Of a stretch of DNA of 64,000 nucleotides, positions 30,277 through 42,924 are shown one piece after another. This DNA comes from Escherichia coli. GTDB lineage: Bacteria > Pseudomonadota > Gammaproteobacteria > Enterobacterales > Enterobacteriaceae. Under the pieces are notes generated by a model. That model did no database searches. It saw nothing but the letters and a program-made list of their open reading frames with translations, and was not told where the DNA came from. The stretch lies in assembly GCF_013122565.1 (NCBI RefSeq), contig NZ_CP053258.1; one strand, 5' to 3'. Both the position numbers and the translations under genes were made by a program. Each line of letters begins with the position of its first letter. Within the stretch, counting starts at the first letter, position 1.

Positions 30277-32949
30277 ATGACAGATGTAACGATTAAAACG
30301 CTGGCCGCAGAGCGACAGACCTCCGTGGAACGCCTGGTACAGCAATTTGCTGATGCAGGTATCCGGAAGTCTGCTGACGACTCTGTGTCTGCACAAGAGA
30401 AACAGACTTTGATTGACCACCTGAATCAGAAAAATTCAGGCCCGGACAAATTGACGCTGCAACGTAAAACACGCAGCACCCTTAACATTCCAGGTACCGG
30501 TGGAAAAAGCAAATCGGTACAAATCGAAGTCCGCAAGAAACGCACCTTTGTGAAACGCGATCCGCAAGAGGCTGAACGCCTTGCAGCGGAAGAGCAAGCG
30601 CAGCGTGAAGCGGAAGAGCAAGCCCGTCGTGAGGCAGAAGAATCGGCTAAACGCGAGGCGCAACAAAAAGCTGAACGTGAGGCCGCAGAACAAGCTAAGC
30701 GTGAAGCTGCTGAACAAGCGAAACGTGAAGCTGCGGAAAAAGACAAAGTGAGCAATCAACAAGACGATATGACTAAAAACGCCCAGGCTGAAAAAGCCCG
30801 CCGTGAGCAGGAAGCTGCAGAGCTCAAGCGTAAAGCCGAAGAAGAAGCGCGTCGTAAACTCGAAGAAGAAGCACGTCGCGTTGCTGAAGAAGCACGTCGT
30901 ATGGCGGAAGAAAACAAATGGACTGATAACGCGGAACCGACTGAAGATTCCAGCGATTATCACGTCACTACTTCTCAACATGCTCGCCAGGCAGAAGACG
31001 AAAGCGATCGTGAAGTCGAAGGCGGCCGTGGCCGTGGTCGTAACGCGAAAGCAGCGCGTCCGAAGAAAGGCAACAAACACGCTGAATCAAAAGCTGATCG
31101 TGAAGAAGCACGCGCAGCAGTACGTGGCGGTAAAGGCGGAAAACGTAAAGGTTCTTCGCTGCAGCAAGGCTTCCAGAAGCCAGCTCAGGCCGTTAACCGT
31201 GACGTTGTGATCGGCGAAACTATCACCGTTGGCGAACTGGCGAACAAGATGGCGGTTAAAGGCTCTCAGGTCATCAAAGCGATGATGAAACTGGGCGCAA
31301 TGGCAACCATCAACCAGGTTATCGATCAGGAAACCGCACAGCTGGTTGCTGAAGAGATGGGCCACAAAGTTATCCTGCGTCGTGAAAACGAGCTGGAAGA
31401 GGCGGTAATGAGCGACCGTGACACGGGTGCTGCGGCTGAACCGCGCGCGCCGGTTGTGACCATCATGGGTCACGTTGACCACGGTAAAACCTCTCTGCTG
31501 GACTACATTCGTTCAACGAAAGTGGCCTCTGGCGAAGCGGGCGGCATTACCCAGCACATTGGTGCATACCACGTTGAAACTGAAAACGGCATGATCACCT
31601 TCCTGGACACCCCGGGGCACGCCGCGTTTACTTCAATGCGTGCACGTGGTGCGCAGGCAACGGACATCGTAGTCCTGGTTGTTGCTGCCGACGACGGCGT
31701 AATGCCGCAGACCATCGAAGCAATCCAGCACGCGAAAGCGGCGCAGGTACCGGTGGTGGTTGCAGTGAACAAGATCGATAAACCAGAAGCCGATCCGGAT
31801 CGTGTTAAGAACGAACTCTCCCAGTATGGCATCCTGCCGGAAGAGTGGGGTGGTGAAAGCCAGTTCGTACACGTATCTGCGAAAGCGGGTACCGGCATCG
31901 ATGAACTGCTGGACGCTATCCTGCTGCAGGCGGAAGTTCTGGAGCTGAAAGCGGTACGTAAAGGTATGGCGAGCGGTGCGGTTATCGAATCCTTCCTCGA
32001 TAAAGGTCGTGGTCCGGTTGCTACCGTTCTGGTACGTGAAGGTACTCTGCACAAGGGCGATATCGTTCTGTGTGGCTTCGAATACGGTCGTGTTCGTGCG
32101 ATGCGTAACGAACTGGGTCAGGAAGTGCTGGAAGCGGGTCCGTCCATTCCGGTGGAAATCCTCGGCCTGTCCGGCGTTCCGGCTGCGGGTGATGAAGTTA
32201 CCGTTGTACGTGACGAGAAGAAAGCGCGTGAAGTTGCACTCTATCGTCAGGGTAAATTCCGCGAAGTTAAACTGGCGCGTCAGCAGAAATCTAAACTCGA
32301 GAACATGTTTGCCAACATGACCGAAGGCGAAGTTCACGAAGTGAATATCGTCCTGAAGGCAGACGTACAGGGTTCTGTGGAAGCGATCTCCGACTCCTTG
32401 CTGAAACTGTCTACTGACGAAGTTAAAGTGAAGATCATCGGTTCTGGCGTAGGTGGTATCACCGAAACCGACGCCACCCTGGCTGCGGCGTCCAACGCCA
32501 TCCTGGTTGGCTTCAACGTACGTGCTGATGCCTCTGCACGTAAAGTGATTGAAGCGGAAAGCCTGGATCTGCGTTACTACTCCGTCATCTATAACCTGAT
32601 CGACGAAGTGAAAGCGGCGATGAGCGGTATGCTGTCTCCGGAACTGAAACAGCAGATTATCGGTCTGGCGGAAGTTCGTGACGTGTTCAAATCGCCGAAA
32701 TTTGGTGCCATCGCAGGCTGTATGGTTACCGAAGGTGTGGTTAAACGTCACAACCCGATCCGCGTTCTGCGTGACAACGTGGTTATCTATGAAGGCGAGC
32801 TGGAGTCCCTGCGCCGCTTCAAAGATGACGTTAACGAAGTCCGTAACGGTATGGAATGTGGTATCGGCGTTAAGAACTACAACGACGTCCGCACTGGCGA
32901 TGTGATCGAAGTATTCGAAATCATCGAGATCCAACGTACCATCGCTTAA
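30277..32949 (+). CDS. infB: Translation initiation factor IF-2
   Basis: 890 aa ORF; charged repeat N-terminal region, G-domain [12 protein letters not shown] / DTPGH / NKID. Confidence 0.97.
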
Positions 32950-32966
32950 GGTTTTTAGGGTTCCAT

Positions 32967-33036
32967 GCGGGATAAGGCGTTTACGCCGCATCCGGCATGG
33001 ATTGCATGATGCGACGCTGGCGCGTCTTATCAGGCC
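32967..33036. repeat. REP palindromes in infB-rbfA intergenic region
   Basis: GCGGGATAAGGCGTTTACGCCGCATCCGGCA and GATGCGACGCTGGCGCGTCTTATCAGGCC. Confidence 0.75.
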
Positions 33037-33074
33037 AACGTGAACAGCCCTTCCACCTGAAATTAATTTTTAAA

Positions 33075-33097
33075 AAGGGGCTAACAGCCCCTTTTTT
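33075..33097 (+). terminator. Hairpin plus T-run upstream of rbfA (attenuator)
   Basis: AAGGGGCTAACAGCCCCTTTTTT. Confidence 0.65.
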
Positions 33098-33113
33098 GTC
33101 AGGAGAATTTATT

Positions 33114-33515
33114 ATGGCGAAAGAATTTGGTCGCCCGCAGCGCGTAGCGCAGGAAATGCAAAAAGAGATCGCTCTCATCCTGCAGCGTGAAATTAAAGAT
33201 CCTCGCCTGGGCATGATGACCACCGTTTCCGGTGTCGAAATGTCTCGCGACCTGGCGTATGCCAAAGTATATGTGACGTTCCTCAACGACAAAGATGAAG
33301 ACGCGGTTAAAGCGGGCATCAAAGCGTTGCAGGAAGCTTCTGGTTTCATCCGCAGCCTGCTGGGTAAAGCGATGCGCCTGCGTATCGTGCCGGAACTGAC
33401 CTTCTTCTACGACAACTCTCTGGTTGAAGGGATGCGTATGTCAAACCTGGTGACCAGCGTGGTCAAACATGACGAAGAACGTCGTGTTAACCCGGACGAC
33501 AGCAAGGAGGACTAA
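33114..33515 (+). CDS. rbfA: Ribosome-binding factor A
   Basis: ORF 32997..33515 trimmed to ATG 33114 ([26 protein letters not shown]). Confidence 0.94.
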
Positions 33516-34459
33516 TGAGTCGTCCTCGTCGTCGCGGTCGCGACATTAACGGCGTTTTGTTGCTGGATAAACCGCAGGGTATGTCCAGCAACGATGCGCT
33601 GCAAAAAGTGAAACGGATTTATAACGCCAACCGTGCCGGGCATACCGGTGCGCTGGACCCGCTGGCGACCGGCATGTTGCCGATTTGCCTCGGGGAAGCG
33701 ACGAAGTTTTCCCAGTATCTGCTGGACTCCGACAAACGCTATCGGGTCATTGCGCGTCTTGGACAGCGTACCGATACTTCTGACGCCGACGGACAAATCG
33801 TTGAAGAGCGTCCGGTAACCTTTAGTGCAGAACAACTGGCGGCGGCACTGGATACTTTCCGTGGCGATATCGAACAGATCCCATCGATGTATTCAGCACT
33901 GAAATACCAGGGCAAAAAACTGTACGAATATGCGCGTCAGGGCATTGAAGTTCCGCGTGAAGCGCGTCCGATTACCGTTTATGAATTGCTGTTTATTCGC
34001 CATGAAGGCAATGAGCTGGAGCTGGAAATTCACTGCTCAAAAGGCACTTATATCCGCACTATCATTGACGACCTGGGTGAGAAACTCGGCTGTGGCGCGC
34101 ATGTTATTTACCTGCGCCGTCTGGCGGTAAGTAAATATCCGGTTGAACGGATGGTGACCCTGGAACATCTGCGTGAACTGGTCGAACAAGCCGAACAGCA
34201 GGATATTCCAGCTGCGGAGTTACTTGATCCATTACTGATGCCAATGGACAGTCCAGCTTCGGACTATCCGGTGGTGAATCTTCCGTTAACGTCTTCTGTT
34301 TACTTCAAAAATGGTAACCCGGTTCGTACATCTGGCGCGCCGCTGGAAGGACTGGTTCGCGTCACGGAAGGTGAGTACGGCAAATTTATCGGTATGGGCG
34401 AAATTGACGATGAAGGCCGCGTTGCGCCTCGTCGTCTGGTGGTTGAATACCCGGCGTAA
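33515..34459 (+). CDS. truB: tRNA pseudouridine-55 synthase
   Basis: 314 aa ORF; catalytic Asp motif [15 protein letters not shown] overlaps rbfA stop. Confidence 0.97.
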   Translation: MSRPRRRGRDINGVLLLDKPQGMSSNDALQKVKRIYNANRAGHTGALDPLATGMLPICLGEATKFSQYLLDSDKRYRVIARLGQRTDTSDADGQIVEERPVTFSAEQLAAALDTFRGDIEQIPSMYSALKYQGKKLYEYARQGIEVPREARPITVYELLFIRHEGNELELEIHCSKGTYIRTIIDDLGEKLGCGAHVIYLRRLAVSKYPVERMVTLEHLRELVEQAEQQDIPAAELLDPLLMPMDSPASDYPVVNLPLTSSVYFKNGNPVRTSGAPLEGLVRVTEGEYGKFIGMGEIDDEGRVAPRRLVVEYPA

Positions 34460-34511
34460 TGTTAACCGTCTTGCGATAACAGGTCGCTACGAGTAGAATA
34501 CTGCCGCTTAA

Positions 34512-34877
<366 letters not shown>

Positions 34878-34894
34878 TTCTTGCGAGTTTCAGA

Positions 34895-34921
34895 AAAGGG
34901 GGCCTGAGTGGCCCCTTTTTT
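34895..34921. terminator. rpsO terminator, palindromic with U-runs on both strands
   Basis: AAAAGGGGGCCTGAGTGGCCCCTTTTTT. Confidence 0.8.
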
Positions 34922-35068
34922 CAAGCTGACGGCAGCAATTAACTGGAAACTAATGTATTGTTGCTATGAATGATCTTCCGTTGCAGAGGTTCGCGCGGCT
35001 AATGAGAGGCTTTACCCACATAGAGCTGGGTTAGGGTTGTCATTAGTCGCGAGGATGCGCAGAAGATC
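34895..35068 (-). ncRNA. sraG: SraG-type small RNA antisense to the pnp leader (bounds approximate, by position)
   Basis: Known position of SraG in the rpsO-pnp intergenic region on the opposite strand; the palindromic rpsO terminator supplies a minus-strand 3' end; no independent sequence proof of 5' end. Confidence 0.3.
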
Positions 35069-35123
35069 GGGTATTAACACCAGTGCCGTAAGGTACTGTC
35101 TAAGAAAGAGAAAGGATATTACA

Positions 35124-37259
35124 TTGCTTAATCCGATCGTTCGTAAATTCCAGTACGGCCAACACACCGTGACTCTGGAAACCGGCATGATGGCTCGTCA
35201 GGCTACTGCCGCTGTTATGGTTAGCATGGATGACACCGCGGTATTTGTTACCGTTGTTGGCCAGAAAAAAGCCAAACCAGGTCAGGACTTCTTCCCACTG
35301 ACCGTTAACTATCAGGAGCGTACCTACGCTGCTGGTCGTATCCCGGGTAGCTTCTTCCGTCGTGAAGGCCGCCCAAGCGAAGGCGAAACCCTGATCGCGC
35401 GTCTGATTGACCGCCCGATTCGCCCGCTGTTCCCGGAAGGCTTCGTCAACGAAGTTCAGGTTATCGCCACCGTGGTTTCTGTTAACCCGCAAGTTAACCC
35501 GGATATCGTCGCGATGATTGGTGCTTCCGCAGCACTGTCTCTGTCTGGTATTCCGTTCAATGGTCCGATTGGTGCTGCCCGCGTAGGTTACATCAATGAC
35601 CAGTACGTACTGAACCCGACTCAGGACGAGCTGAAAGAGAGCAAACTGGATCTGGTTGTTGCCGGTACTGAAGCCGCTGTACTGATGGTTGAATCTGAAG
35701 CTGAACTGCTGAGCGAAGACCAGATGCTGGGCGCAGTAGTGTTCGGTCATGAACAACAGCAGGTTGTTATTCAGAACATCAATGAACTGGTGAAAGAAGC
35801 CGGTAAACCGCGTTGGGACTGGCAGCCGGAGCCGGTAAACGAAGCGCTGAACGCGCGCGTTGCTGCACTGGCTGAAGCTCGTCTGAGCGATGCTTACCGC
35901 ATCACCGACAAACAAGAGCGTTATGCGCAGGTTGATGTCATCAAATCTGAAACCATCGCGACGCTGCTTGCTGAAGACGAAACCCTGGACGAAAACGAAC
36001 TGGGTGAAATTCTGCACGCTATCGAGAAAAACGTTGTTCGTAGCCGCGTACTGGCAGGCGAACCGCGTATCGACGGTCGTGAAAAAGATATGATCCGTGG
36101 TCTGGATGTGCGTACTGGTGTGCTGCCGCGTACTCACGGTTCTGCGCTGTTCACCCGTGGTGAAACGCAGGCGCTGGTTACCGCAACGCTGGGTACTGCT
36201 CGTGACGCGCAGGTTCTTGATGAACTGATGGGCGAACGTACCGATACCTTCCTGTTCCACTACAACTTCCCTCCGTACTCCGTAGGCGAAACCGGCATGG
36301 TCGGTTCTCCGAAGCGTCGTGAAATTGGTCACGGTCGTCTGGCGAAGCGCGGCGTGCTGGCAGTCATGCCGGATATGGACAAATTCCCGTACACCGTACG
36401 TGTTGTGTCTGAAATCACTGAATCCAACGGTTCCTCTTCTATGGCTTCCGTGTGCGGTGCGTCTCTGGCGCTGATGGACGCAGGTGTGCCAATCAAAGCT
36501 GCCGTTGCGGGTATCGCAATGGGTCTGGTGAAAGAAGGCGACAACTACGTTGTACTGTCTGACATTTTGGGCGACGAAGATCACCTGGGCGATATGGACT
36601 TCAAAGTTGCAGGTTCCCGCGACGGTATCTCTGCACTGCAGATGGATATCAAAATTGAAGGTATCACCAAAGAGATCATGCAGGTTGCACTGAACCAGGC
36701 TAAAGGTGCGCGTCTGCACATCCTGGGTGTAATGGAACAGGCGATCAACGCGCCGCGTGGCGATATCTCTGAGTTCGCACCGCGTATCCATACCATCAAG
36801 ATCAACCCGGACAAGATCAAAGATGTTATCGGTAAAGGCGGCTCTGTTATCCGTGCCCTGACCGAAGAAACCGGCACCACCATCGAAATCGAAGATGACG
36901 GTACTGTGAAGATCGCAGCGACCGACGGCGAGAAGGCGAAAAACGCTATTCGTCGTATCGAAGAGATCACTGCAGAAATTGAAGTGGGCCGCGTCTACAC
37001 TGGTAAAGTGACCCGTATCGTTGACTTTGGCGCATTTGTTGCCATCGGCGGCGGTAAAGAAGGTCTGGTACACATCTCTCAAATCGCTGACAAACGCGTT
37101 GAGAAAGTGACCGATTACCTGCAGATGGGTCAGGAAGTACCGGTGAAAGTTCTGGAAGTTGATCGCCAGGGCCGTATCCGTCTGAGCATTAAAGAAGCGA
37201 CTGAGCAGTCTCAACCTGCTGCAGCACCGGAAGCTCCGGCTGCTGAACAGGGCGAGTAA
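35124..37259 (+). CDS. pnp: Polynucleotide phosphorylase
   Basis: ORF 35037..37259 trimmed to TTG 35124 ((M)[20 protein letters not shown]), 711 aa; two RNase PH domains, KH and S1. Confidence 0.95.
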   Translation: MLNPIVRKFQYGQHTVTLETGMMARQATAAVMVSMDDTAVFVTVVGQKKAKPGQDFFPLTVNYQERTYAAGRIPGSFFRREGRPSEGETLIARLIDRPIRPLFPEGFVNEVQVIATVVSVNPQVNPDIVAMIGASAALSLSGIPFNGPIGAARVGYINDQYVLNPTQDELKESKLDLVVAGTEAAVLMVESEAELLSEDQMLGAVVFGHEQQQVVIQNINELVKEAGKPRWDWQPEPVNEALNARVAALAEARLSDAYRITDKQERYAQVDVIKSETIATLLAEDETLDENELGEILHAIEKNVVRSRVLAGEPRIDGREKDMIRGLDVRTGVLPRTHGSALFTRGETQALVTATLGTARDAQVLDELMGERTDTFLFHYNFPPYSVGETGMVGSPKRREIGHGRLAKRGVLAVMPDMDKFPYTVRVVSEITESNGSSSMASVCGASLALMDAGVPIKAAVAGIAMGLVKEGDNYVVLSDILGDEDHLGDMDFKVAGSRDGISALQMDIKIEGITKEIMQVALNQAKGARLHILGVMEQAINAPRGDISEFAPRIHTIKINPDKIKDVIGKGGSVIRALTEETGTTIEIEDDGTVKIAATDGEKAKNAIRRIEEITAEIEVGRVYTGKVTRIVDFGAFVAIGGGKEGLVHISQIADKRVEKVTDYLQMGQEVPVKVLEVDRQGRIRLSIKEATEQSQPAAAPEAPAAEQGE

Positions 37260-37367
37260 GGTTGCCATTTGCCCTCCGCTACGGCGGGGGGCTTTTAACC
37301 GGGCAGGACGCCTTGTTAGCAACCGGGAACAGGACGTTCATTCAACCGTGGTCTTCGGGAGTGGGAA

Positions 37368-38252
37368 ATGAAGCCTTTTTTGCGCTGGTGTTTCGTTGCG
37401 ACAGCACTTACGCTTGCAGGATGCAGTAATACTTCCTGGCGTAAAAGTGAAGTCCTCGCGGTACCATTGCAACCGACTTTACAGCAGGAAGTGATTCTGG
37501 CACGTATGGAACAAATCCTTGCCAGTCGGGCTTTAACCGATGACGAACGCGCACAGCTTTTATATGAGCGCGGAGTGTTGTATGATAGTCTCGGTCTGAG
37601 GGCATTAGCGCGTAACGATTTTTCGCAAGCGCTGGCAATCCGACCGGATATGCCTGAAGTATTCAATTACTTAGGCATATATTTAACGCAGGCAGGCAAT
37701 TTTGATGCTGCCTATGAAGCGTTTGATTCTGTACTTGAGCTTGATCCAACTTACAACTACGCGCACTTGAATCGCGGGATCGCATTATATTACGGCGGTC
37801 GTGACAAGTTAGCGCAAGATGATCTGCTGGCGTTTTATCAAGACGATCCCAATGATCCTTTCCGTAGTCTGTGGCTTTATCTCGCCGAGCAGAAGCTCGA
37901 TGAGAAGCAGGCTAAAGAAGTGTTGAAACAGCATTTCGAAAAATCGGATAAGGAACAGTGGGGATGGAACATTGTCGAGTTCTACCTGGGCAACATTAGC
38001 GAACAAACGTTAATGGAAAGGCTCAAGGCGGACGCAACGGATAACACCTCGCTCGCTGAGCATCTCAGTGAAACCAACTTCTATTTAGGTAAGTACTACC
38101 TAAGTCTGGGGGATTTGGACAGCGCCACGGCACTGTTCAAACTGGCGGTTGCCAACAACGTTCATAACTTTGTTGAGCACCGATACGCATTGTTGGAATT
38201 ATCGCTCCTGGGCCAGGACCAAGATGACCTGGCAGAATCGGACCAGCAATAG
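37368..38252 (+). CDS. nlpI: TPR-repeat lipoprotein NlpI
   Basis: 294 aa ORF with lipobox LAGC and TPR repeats. Confidence 0.96.
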
Positions 38253-38431
38253 CTGACGTACACATCAGCCCGTAATCTTTTTTGATTGCCATCACCTTAA
38301 CGGGTGAGGGCGTTGTTGTTCGTTAATACACCTACTTTGAGCCGGTTCACACTTTTCAATGAAAATTGCTGATCAATTTCATGATGAGTTATGTAGACTG
38401 GCCGCCATTAATTTTGAGGCACACGTACTAC

Positions 38432-40321
38432 ATGGCTGAATTCGAAACCACTTTTGCAGATCTGGGCCTGAAGGCTCCTATCCTTGAAGCCCTTAACGAT
38501 CTGGGTTACGAAAAACCATCTCCAATTCAGGCAGAGTGTATTCCACATCTGCTGAATGGCCGCGACGTTCTGGGTATGGCCCAGACGGGGAGCGGAAAAA
38601 CTGCAGCATTCTCTTTACCTCTGCTGCAGAATCTTGATCCTGAGCTGAAAGCACCACAGATTCTGGTGCTGGCACCGACCCGCGAACTGGCGGTACAGGT
38701 TGCTGAAGCAATGACGGATTTCTCTAAACACATGCGCGGCGTAAACGTGGTTGCCCTGTACGGCGGCCAGCGTTATGACGTGCAATTACGCGCCCTGCGT
38801 CAGGGGCCGCAGATCGTTGTCGGTACTCCGGGCCGTCTGCTGGACCACCTGAAACGTGGCACTCTGGACCTCTCTAAACTGAGCGGCCTGGTTCTGGATG
38901 AAGCTGACGAAATGCTGCGCATGGGCTTCATCGAAGACGTTGAAACCATTATGGCGCAGATACCGGAAGGTCATCAGACCGCTCTGTTCTCTGCAACCAT
39001 GCCGGAAGCGATTCGTCGCATTACCCGCCGCTTTATGAAAGAGCCGCAGGAAGTGCGCATTCAGTCCAGCGTGACTACCCGTCCTGACATCAGCCAGAGC
39101 TACTGGACTGTCTGGGGTATGCGTAAAAACGAAGCACTGGTACGTTTCCTGGAAGCGGAAGATTTTGATGCGGCGATTATCTTCGTTCGTACCAAAAATG
39201 CGACTCTGGAAGTGGCTGAAGCTCTTGAGCGTAACGGCTACAACAGCGCCGCGCTGAACGGTGACATGAACCAGGCGCTGCGTGAGCAGACACTGGAACG
39301 CCTGAAAGATGGTCGTCTGGACATCCTGATTGCGACCGACGTTGCAGCCCGTGGCCTGGACGTTGAGCGTATCAGCCTTGTAGTTAACTACGATATCCCG
39401 ATGGATTCTGAGTCTTACGTTCACCGTATCGGTCGTACCGGTCGTGCGGGTCGTGCTGGCCGCGCGCTGCTGTTCGTTGAGAACCGCGAGCGTCGTCTGC
39501 TGCGCAACATTGAACGTACTATGAAGCTGACTATTCCGGAAGTAGAACTGCCGAACGCAGAACTGCTGGGCAAACGCCGTCTGGAAAAATTCGCCGCTAA
39601 AGTACAGCAGCAGCTGGAAAGCAGCGATCTGGATCAATACCGCGCACTGCTGAGCAAAATTCAGCCGACTGCAGAAGGTGAAGAGCTGGATCTCGAAACT
39701 CTGGCTGCGGCACTGCTGAAAATGGCACAGGGTGAACGTACTCTGATTGTTCCGCCTGATGCGCCGATGCGTCCGAAACGTGAATTCCGTGACCGTGATG
39801 ACCGTGGTCCGCGCGATCGTAACGACCGTGGCCCGCGTGGCGACCGTGAAGATCGTCCGCGTCGTGAACGTCGTGATGTTGGTGACATGCAGCTGTACCG
39901 CATTGAAGTGGGCCGCGATGATGGTGTTGAAGTTCGTCATATCGTTGGCGCGATTGCTAACGAAGGCGACATCAGCAGCCGTTACATCGGTAACATCAAG
40001 CTGTTTGCTTCTCACTCCACCATCGAACTGCCGAAAGGTATGCCGGGTGAAGTGCTGCAACACTTTACGCGTACTCGCATTCTCAACAAGCCGATGAATA
40101 TGCAGTTACTGGGCGATGCACAGCCGCATACTGGCGGAGAGCGTCGTGGCGGTGGTCGTGGTTTCGGTGGCGAGCGTCGTGAAGGTGGTCGTAACTTCAG
40201 CGGTGAACGCCGTGAAGGTGGTCGTGGTGATGGTCGCCGTTTTAGCGGTGAACGTCGTGAAGGCCGCGCTCCGCGTCGTGATGACTCTACCGGTCGTCGT
40301 CGTTTTGGTGGTGATGCGTAA
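38432..40321 (+). CDS. deaD: DEAD-box ATP-dependent RNA helicase DeaD/CsdA
   Basis: ORF 38366..40321 trimmed to ATG 38432 ([13 protein letters not shown]); motifs [17 protein letters not shown]-rich C-terminal tail. Confidence 0.95.
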
Positions 40322-40346
40322 TCATCGCTGAACAGCGAAAACAATC

Positions 40347-40364
40347 TGTAAAATAATATATACA
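40347..40364 (+). promoter_or_regulatory. Candidate TyrR box upstream of mtr
   Basis: TGTAAA-N6-TATACA (consensus TGTAAA-N6-TTTACA). Confidence 0.5.
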
Positions 40365-40394
40365 GCCCCGATTTTAACAATCGGGGCTTTTTTT
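40365..40394 (+). terminator. Intrinsic terminator after deaD
   Basis: GCCCCGATTTTAACAATCGGGGCTTTTTTT. Confidence 0.8.
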
Positions 40395-40403
40395 CTGTCT
40401 TTT

Positions 40404-40421
40404 GTACTCGTGTACTGGTAC
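40404..40421 (+). promoter_or_regulatory. Candidate TrpR operator upstream of mtr
   Basis: GTACTCGTGTACTGGTAC resembles trp operator half-sites (GTACT...AGTAC). Confidence 0.5.
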
Positions 40422-40474
40422 AGTGCAATGCATAACAACGCAGTCGCACTATTTTTCACTGGAGAGAAGCCCTC

Positions 40475-41719
40475 ATGGCAACACTAACCACCACCCAAAC
40501 GTCACCGTCGCTGCTTGGCGGCGTGGTGATTATCGGCGGCACCATTATTGGCGCAGGGATGTTTTCTCTGCCAGTGGTCATGTCCGGTGCGTGGTTCTTC
40601 TGGTCAATGGCGGCGCTGATCTTCACCTGGTTCTGTATGCTGCATTCCGGCTTGATGATTCTGGAAGCTAACCTGAATTACCGAATCGGTTCGAGTTTTG
40701 ACACCATCACCAAAGATTTGCTGGGCAAAGGCTGGAACGTGGTCAACGGTATTTCCATTGCCTTTGTGCTCTATATCCTGACCTATGCCTATATTTCTGC
40801 CAGCGGTTCGATTCTGCATCATACCTTCGCAGAGATGTCATTGAACGTCCCGGCACGGGCAGCGGGTTTTGGTTTTGCACTGTTGGTGGCGTTTGTGGTG
40901 TGGTTGAGCACTAAAGCCGTCAGCCGCATGACGGCGATTGTGCTGGGGGCGAAAGTCATTACCTTCTTCCTCACCTTCGGTAGCCTGCTGGGGCATGTGC
41001 AGCCAGCGACATTGTTCAACGTCGCCGAAAGCAATGCATCTTATGCGCCGTATTTGCTGATGACGCTGCCGTTCTGCCTGGCGTCGTTTGGTTATCACGG
41101 TAACGTGCCGAGCCTGATGAAGTATTACGGCAAAGATCCGAAAACCATCGTGAAATGCCTGGTGTACGGTACGCTGATGGCACTGGCGCTGTATACCATC
41201 TGGTTGCTGGCGACGATGGGCAACATCCCTCGTCCGGAGTTTATCGGCATCGCCGAGAAGGGCGGTAACATTGATGTGCTGGTACAGGCGTTAAGCGGCG
41301 TGCTGAACAGCCGTAGTCTGGACCTTCTGCTGGTCGTGTTCTCAAATTTTGCGGTAGCGAGTTCGTTCCTCGGCGTAACGCTGGGCCTGTTTGACTATCT
41401 GGCAGACCTGTTTGGTTTTGACGACTCAGCCCTGGGCCGCTTTAAAACGGCATTGCTGACCTTTGCCCCGCCTGTCGTGGGTGGCCTGCTGTTCCCGAAT
41501 GGATTCCTGTACGCCATTGGTTATGCTGGCTTAGCGGCTACCATCTGGGCGGCAATCGTTCCGGCACTGCTGGCCCGCGCATCGCGTAAACGCTTTGGCA
41601 GCCCGAAATTCCGCGTCTGGGGCGGCAAGCCGATGATCGCGCTGATTCTGGTCTTCGGTGTTGGCAACGCACTGGTGCATATCTTATCGAGCTTTAATTT
41701 GCTGCCGGTGTATCAGTAA
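40475..41719 (+). CDS. mtr: Tryptophan-specific permease
   Basis: 414 aa polytopic [36 protein letters not shown]. Confidence 0.96.
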   Translation: MATLTTTQTSPSLLGGVVIIGGTIIGAGMFSLPVVMSGAWFFWSMAALIFTWFCMLHSGLMILEANLNYRIGSSFDTITKDLLGKGWNVVNGISIAFVLYILTYAYISASGSILHHTFAEMSLNVPARAAGFGFALLVAFVVWLSTKAVSRMTAIVLGAKVITFFLTFGSLLGHVQPATLFNVAESNASYAPYLLMTLPFCLASFGYHGNVPSLMKYYGKDPKTIVKCLVYGTLMALALYTIWLLATMGNIPRPEFIGIAEKGGNIDVLVQALSGVLNSRSLDLLLVVFSNFAVASSFLGVTLGLFDYLADLFGFDDSALGRFKTALLTFAPPVVGGLLFPNGFLYAIGYAGLAATIWAAIVPALLARASRKRFGSPKFRVWGGKPMIALILVFGVGNALVHILSSFNLLPVYQ

Positions 41720-41724
41720 TCAGC

Positions 41725-41827
41725 GGTGCCTTATCCGACATTTCTGCTGCCTACACAATGCCTGATGCGCTTCGCTTATCAGGTCTACGTAGGACAGCGT
41801 TGCCAGCTCGGATAAGGCTTCCCGCGT
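41725..41827. repeat. REP/BIME cluster between mtr and yhbW
   Basis: GCCTGATGCGCTTCGCTTATCAGGTCTAC flanked by CCTTATCCGACA / CGGATAAGGC palindromic units. Confidence 0.7.
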
Positions 41828-41836
41828 TAAGACACA

Positions 41837-42844
41837 CTATCCCAACAACTCTTCCTTAACATCCATCGCCAGCTCAAACGAATGCAGGCGCGCCTGGTGG
41901 TCGAAAATCTGCCCGTTAACCATAATTTCATCGGCGTCGGTTTCGCGCAGGATCGACTGCAAACCATGACGCACTTTCGCTTTATCGCCCACCAGCGACA
42001 TGCTCAGCGCCTGCTGCACGCCATACTGCTCAGACGGTGACCAGAACTGATCCATATTTTGAATCGGCGGCGGCAGTTGCCCGGTTTCGCCACGGCGTAA
42101 CTTCACAAAGGCTTGCTGCATTGAGGTAAACAGAAATTCAGCGTCGCGGTTGCTGTCGGCGGCGATAATATTGATGCACACCATCGCGTATGGTTTCTCC
42201 AGCCGAGCCGACGGTTTGAAGTTGCTGCGATAAAGATGCAGCGCCTGGAACAACATATCCGGCGCGAAGTGTGAGGCAAACGCAAACGGCAGACCAAGCT
42301 GCCCCGCCAGTTGCGCGCTGTAAAGGCTGGAGCCTAACAACCACACGGGGATTTTCTCGCCATAGCCCGGCACTGGGCGCACATGCGGATTGGGATCGCG
42401 GGCGTCAAACCAGTCCACCAGCTCCGCGACATCGCGGGGGAAATTATCAATATCGCCGCTCATATGACGACGCAGCGCCATCATGGTTCGCTGATCGCTA
42501 CCCGGTGCACGACCCAGCCCCAAATCGATTCGCCCCGGATAGAGCGTATTGAGTGTGCCGAACTGTTCGGCAATCACCAACGGTGAGTGGTTAGGCAACA
42601 TCACGCCGCCGGACCCAAGATGCAGCGTGGTGGTATTCGCCGCCAGATAGCCAATTAACACAGACGTTGCAGCACTGGCAATGCCGGTCATATTGTGGTG
42701 TTCCGCCAGCCAGTAGCGATGATAGCCGCGCTTTTCAGCCAGACGGGCGAGATCGAGAGAGTGGGAGAATGCTTCTCGTGCTGAAGAACCTTCGGGGATG
42801 GGGGCCAGATCGAGTAGCGAAAACGCAATGGTTTTATCAGTCAT
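41837..42844 (-). CDS. yhbW: Luciferase-like (LLM-class) flavin-dependent monooxygenase
   Basis: 335 aa [29 protein letters not shown]. Confidence 0.93.
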   Translation of the reverse strand: MTDKTIAFSLLDLAPIPEGSSAREAFSHSLDLARLAEKRGYHRYWLAEHHNMTGIASAATSVLIGYLAANTTTLHLGSGGVMLPNHSPLVIAEQFGTLNTLYPGRIDLGLGRAPGSDQRTMMALRRHMSGDIDNFPRDVAELVDWFDARDPNPHVRPVPGYGEKIPVWLLGSSLYSAQLAGQLGLPFAFASHFAPDMLFQALHLYRSNFKPSARLEKPYAMVCINIIAADSNRDAEFLFTSMQQAFVKLRRGETGQLPPPIQNMDQFWSPSEQYGVQQALSMSLVGDKAKVRHGLQSILRETDADEIMVNGQIFDHQARLHSFELAMDVKEELLG

Positions 42845-42924
42845 AACAGCTCACTTTGTTACCGATTAATCTTTAATACTGCATTAAAGAGTAGTTAACG
42901 TTGTTAACAAAGTGAGCTATATAT

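Noticed and set aside
30426-30755. Tandem DNA repeats in the 5' part of infB that at first glance resemble a short-repeat array
   Set aside because: The repeats are in frame within infB and encode the charged N-terminal repeat region of IF2. There are no regular spacers and no cas genes, so this is not a CRISPR array
35100-37322. A 740-aa open reading frame on the minus strand spanning the whole of pnp; similar long antisense ORFs occur opposite infB (31633..32991, 30436..31080), nusA (28951..30420), ftsH (19584..21071), deaD (38786..40063), argG (26608..27681) and dacB/lpoA
   Set aside because: These mirror highly expressed, codon-biased genes whose codon usage depletes stop codons on the reverse strand. 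The translations are low-complexity (Arg/His/Phe/Thr-rich), lack ribosome-binding sites, and the sense-strand products are unambiguous conserved proteins
40012-40449. 145-aa Pro/Arg/Ser-rich minus-strand ORF at the deaD 3' end
   Set aside because: Reverse-strand reading of the DeaD RG-repeat tail; an artefact of the repeat composition
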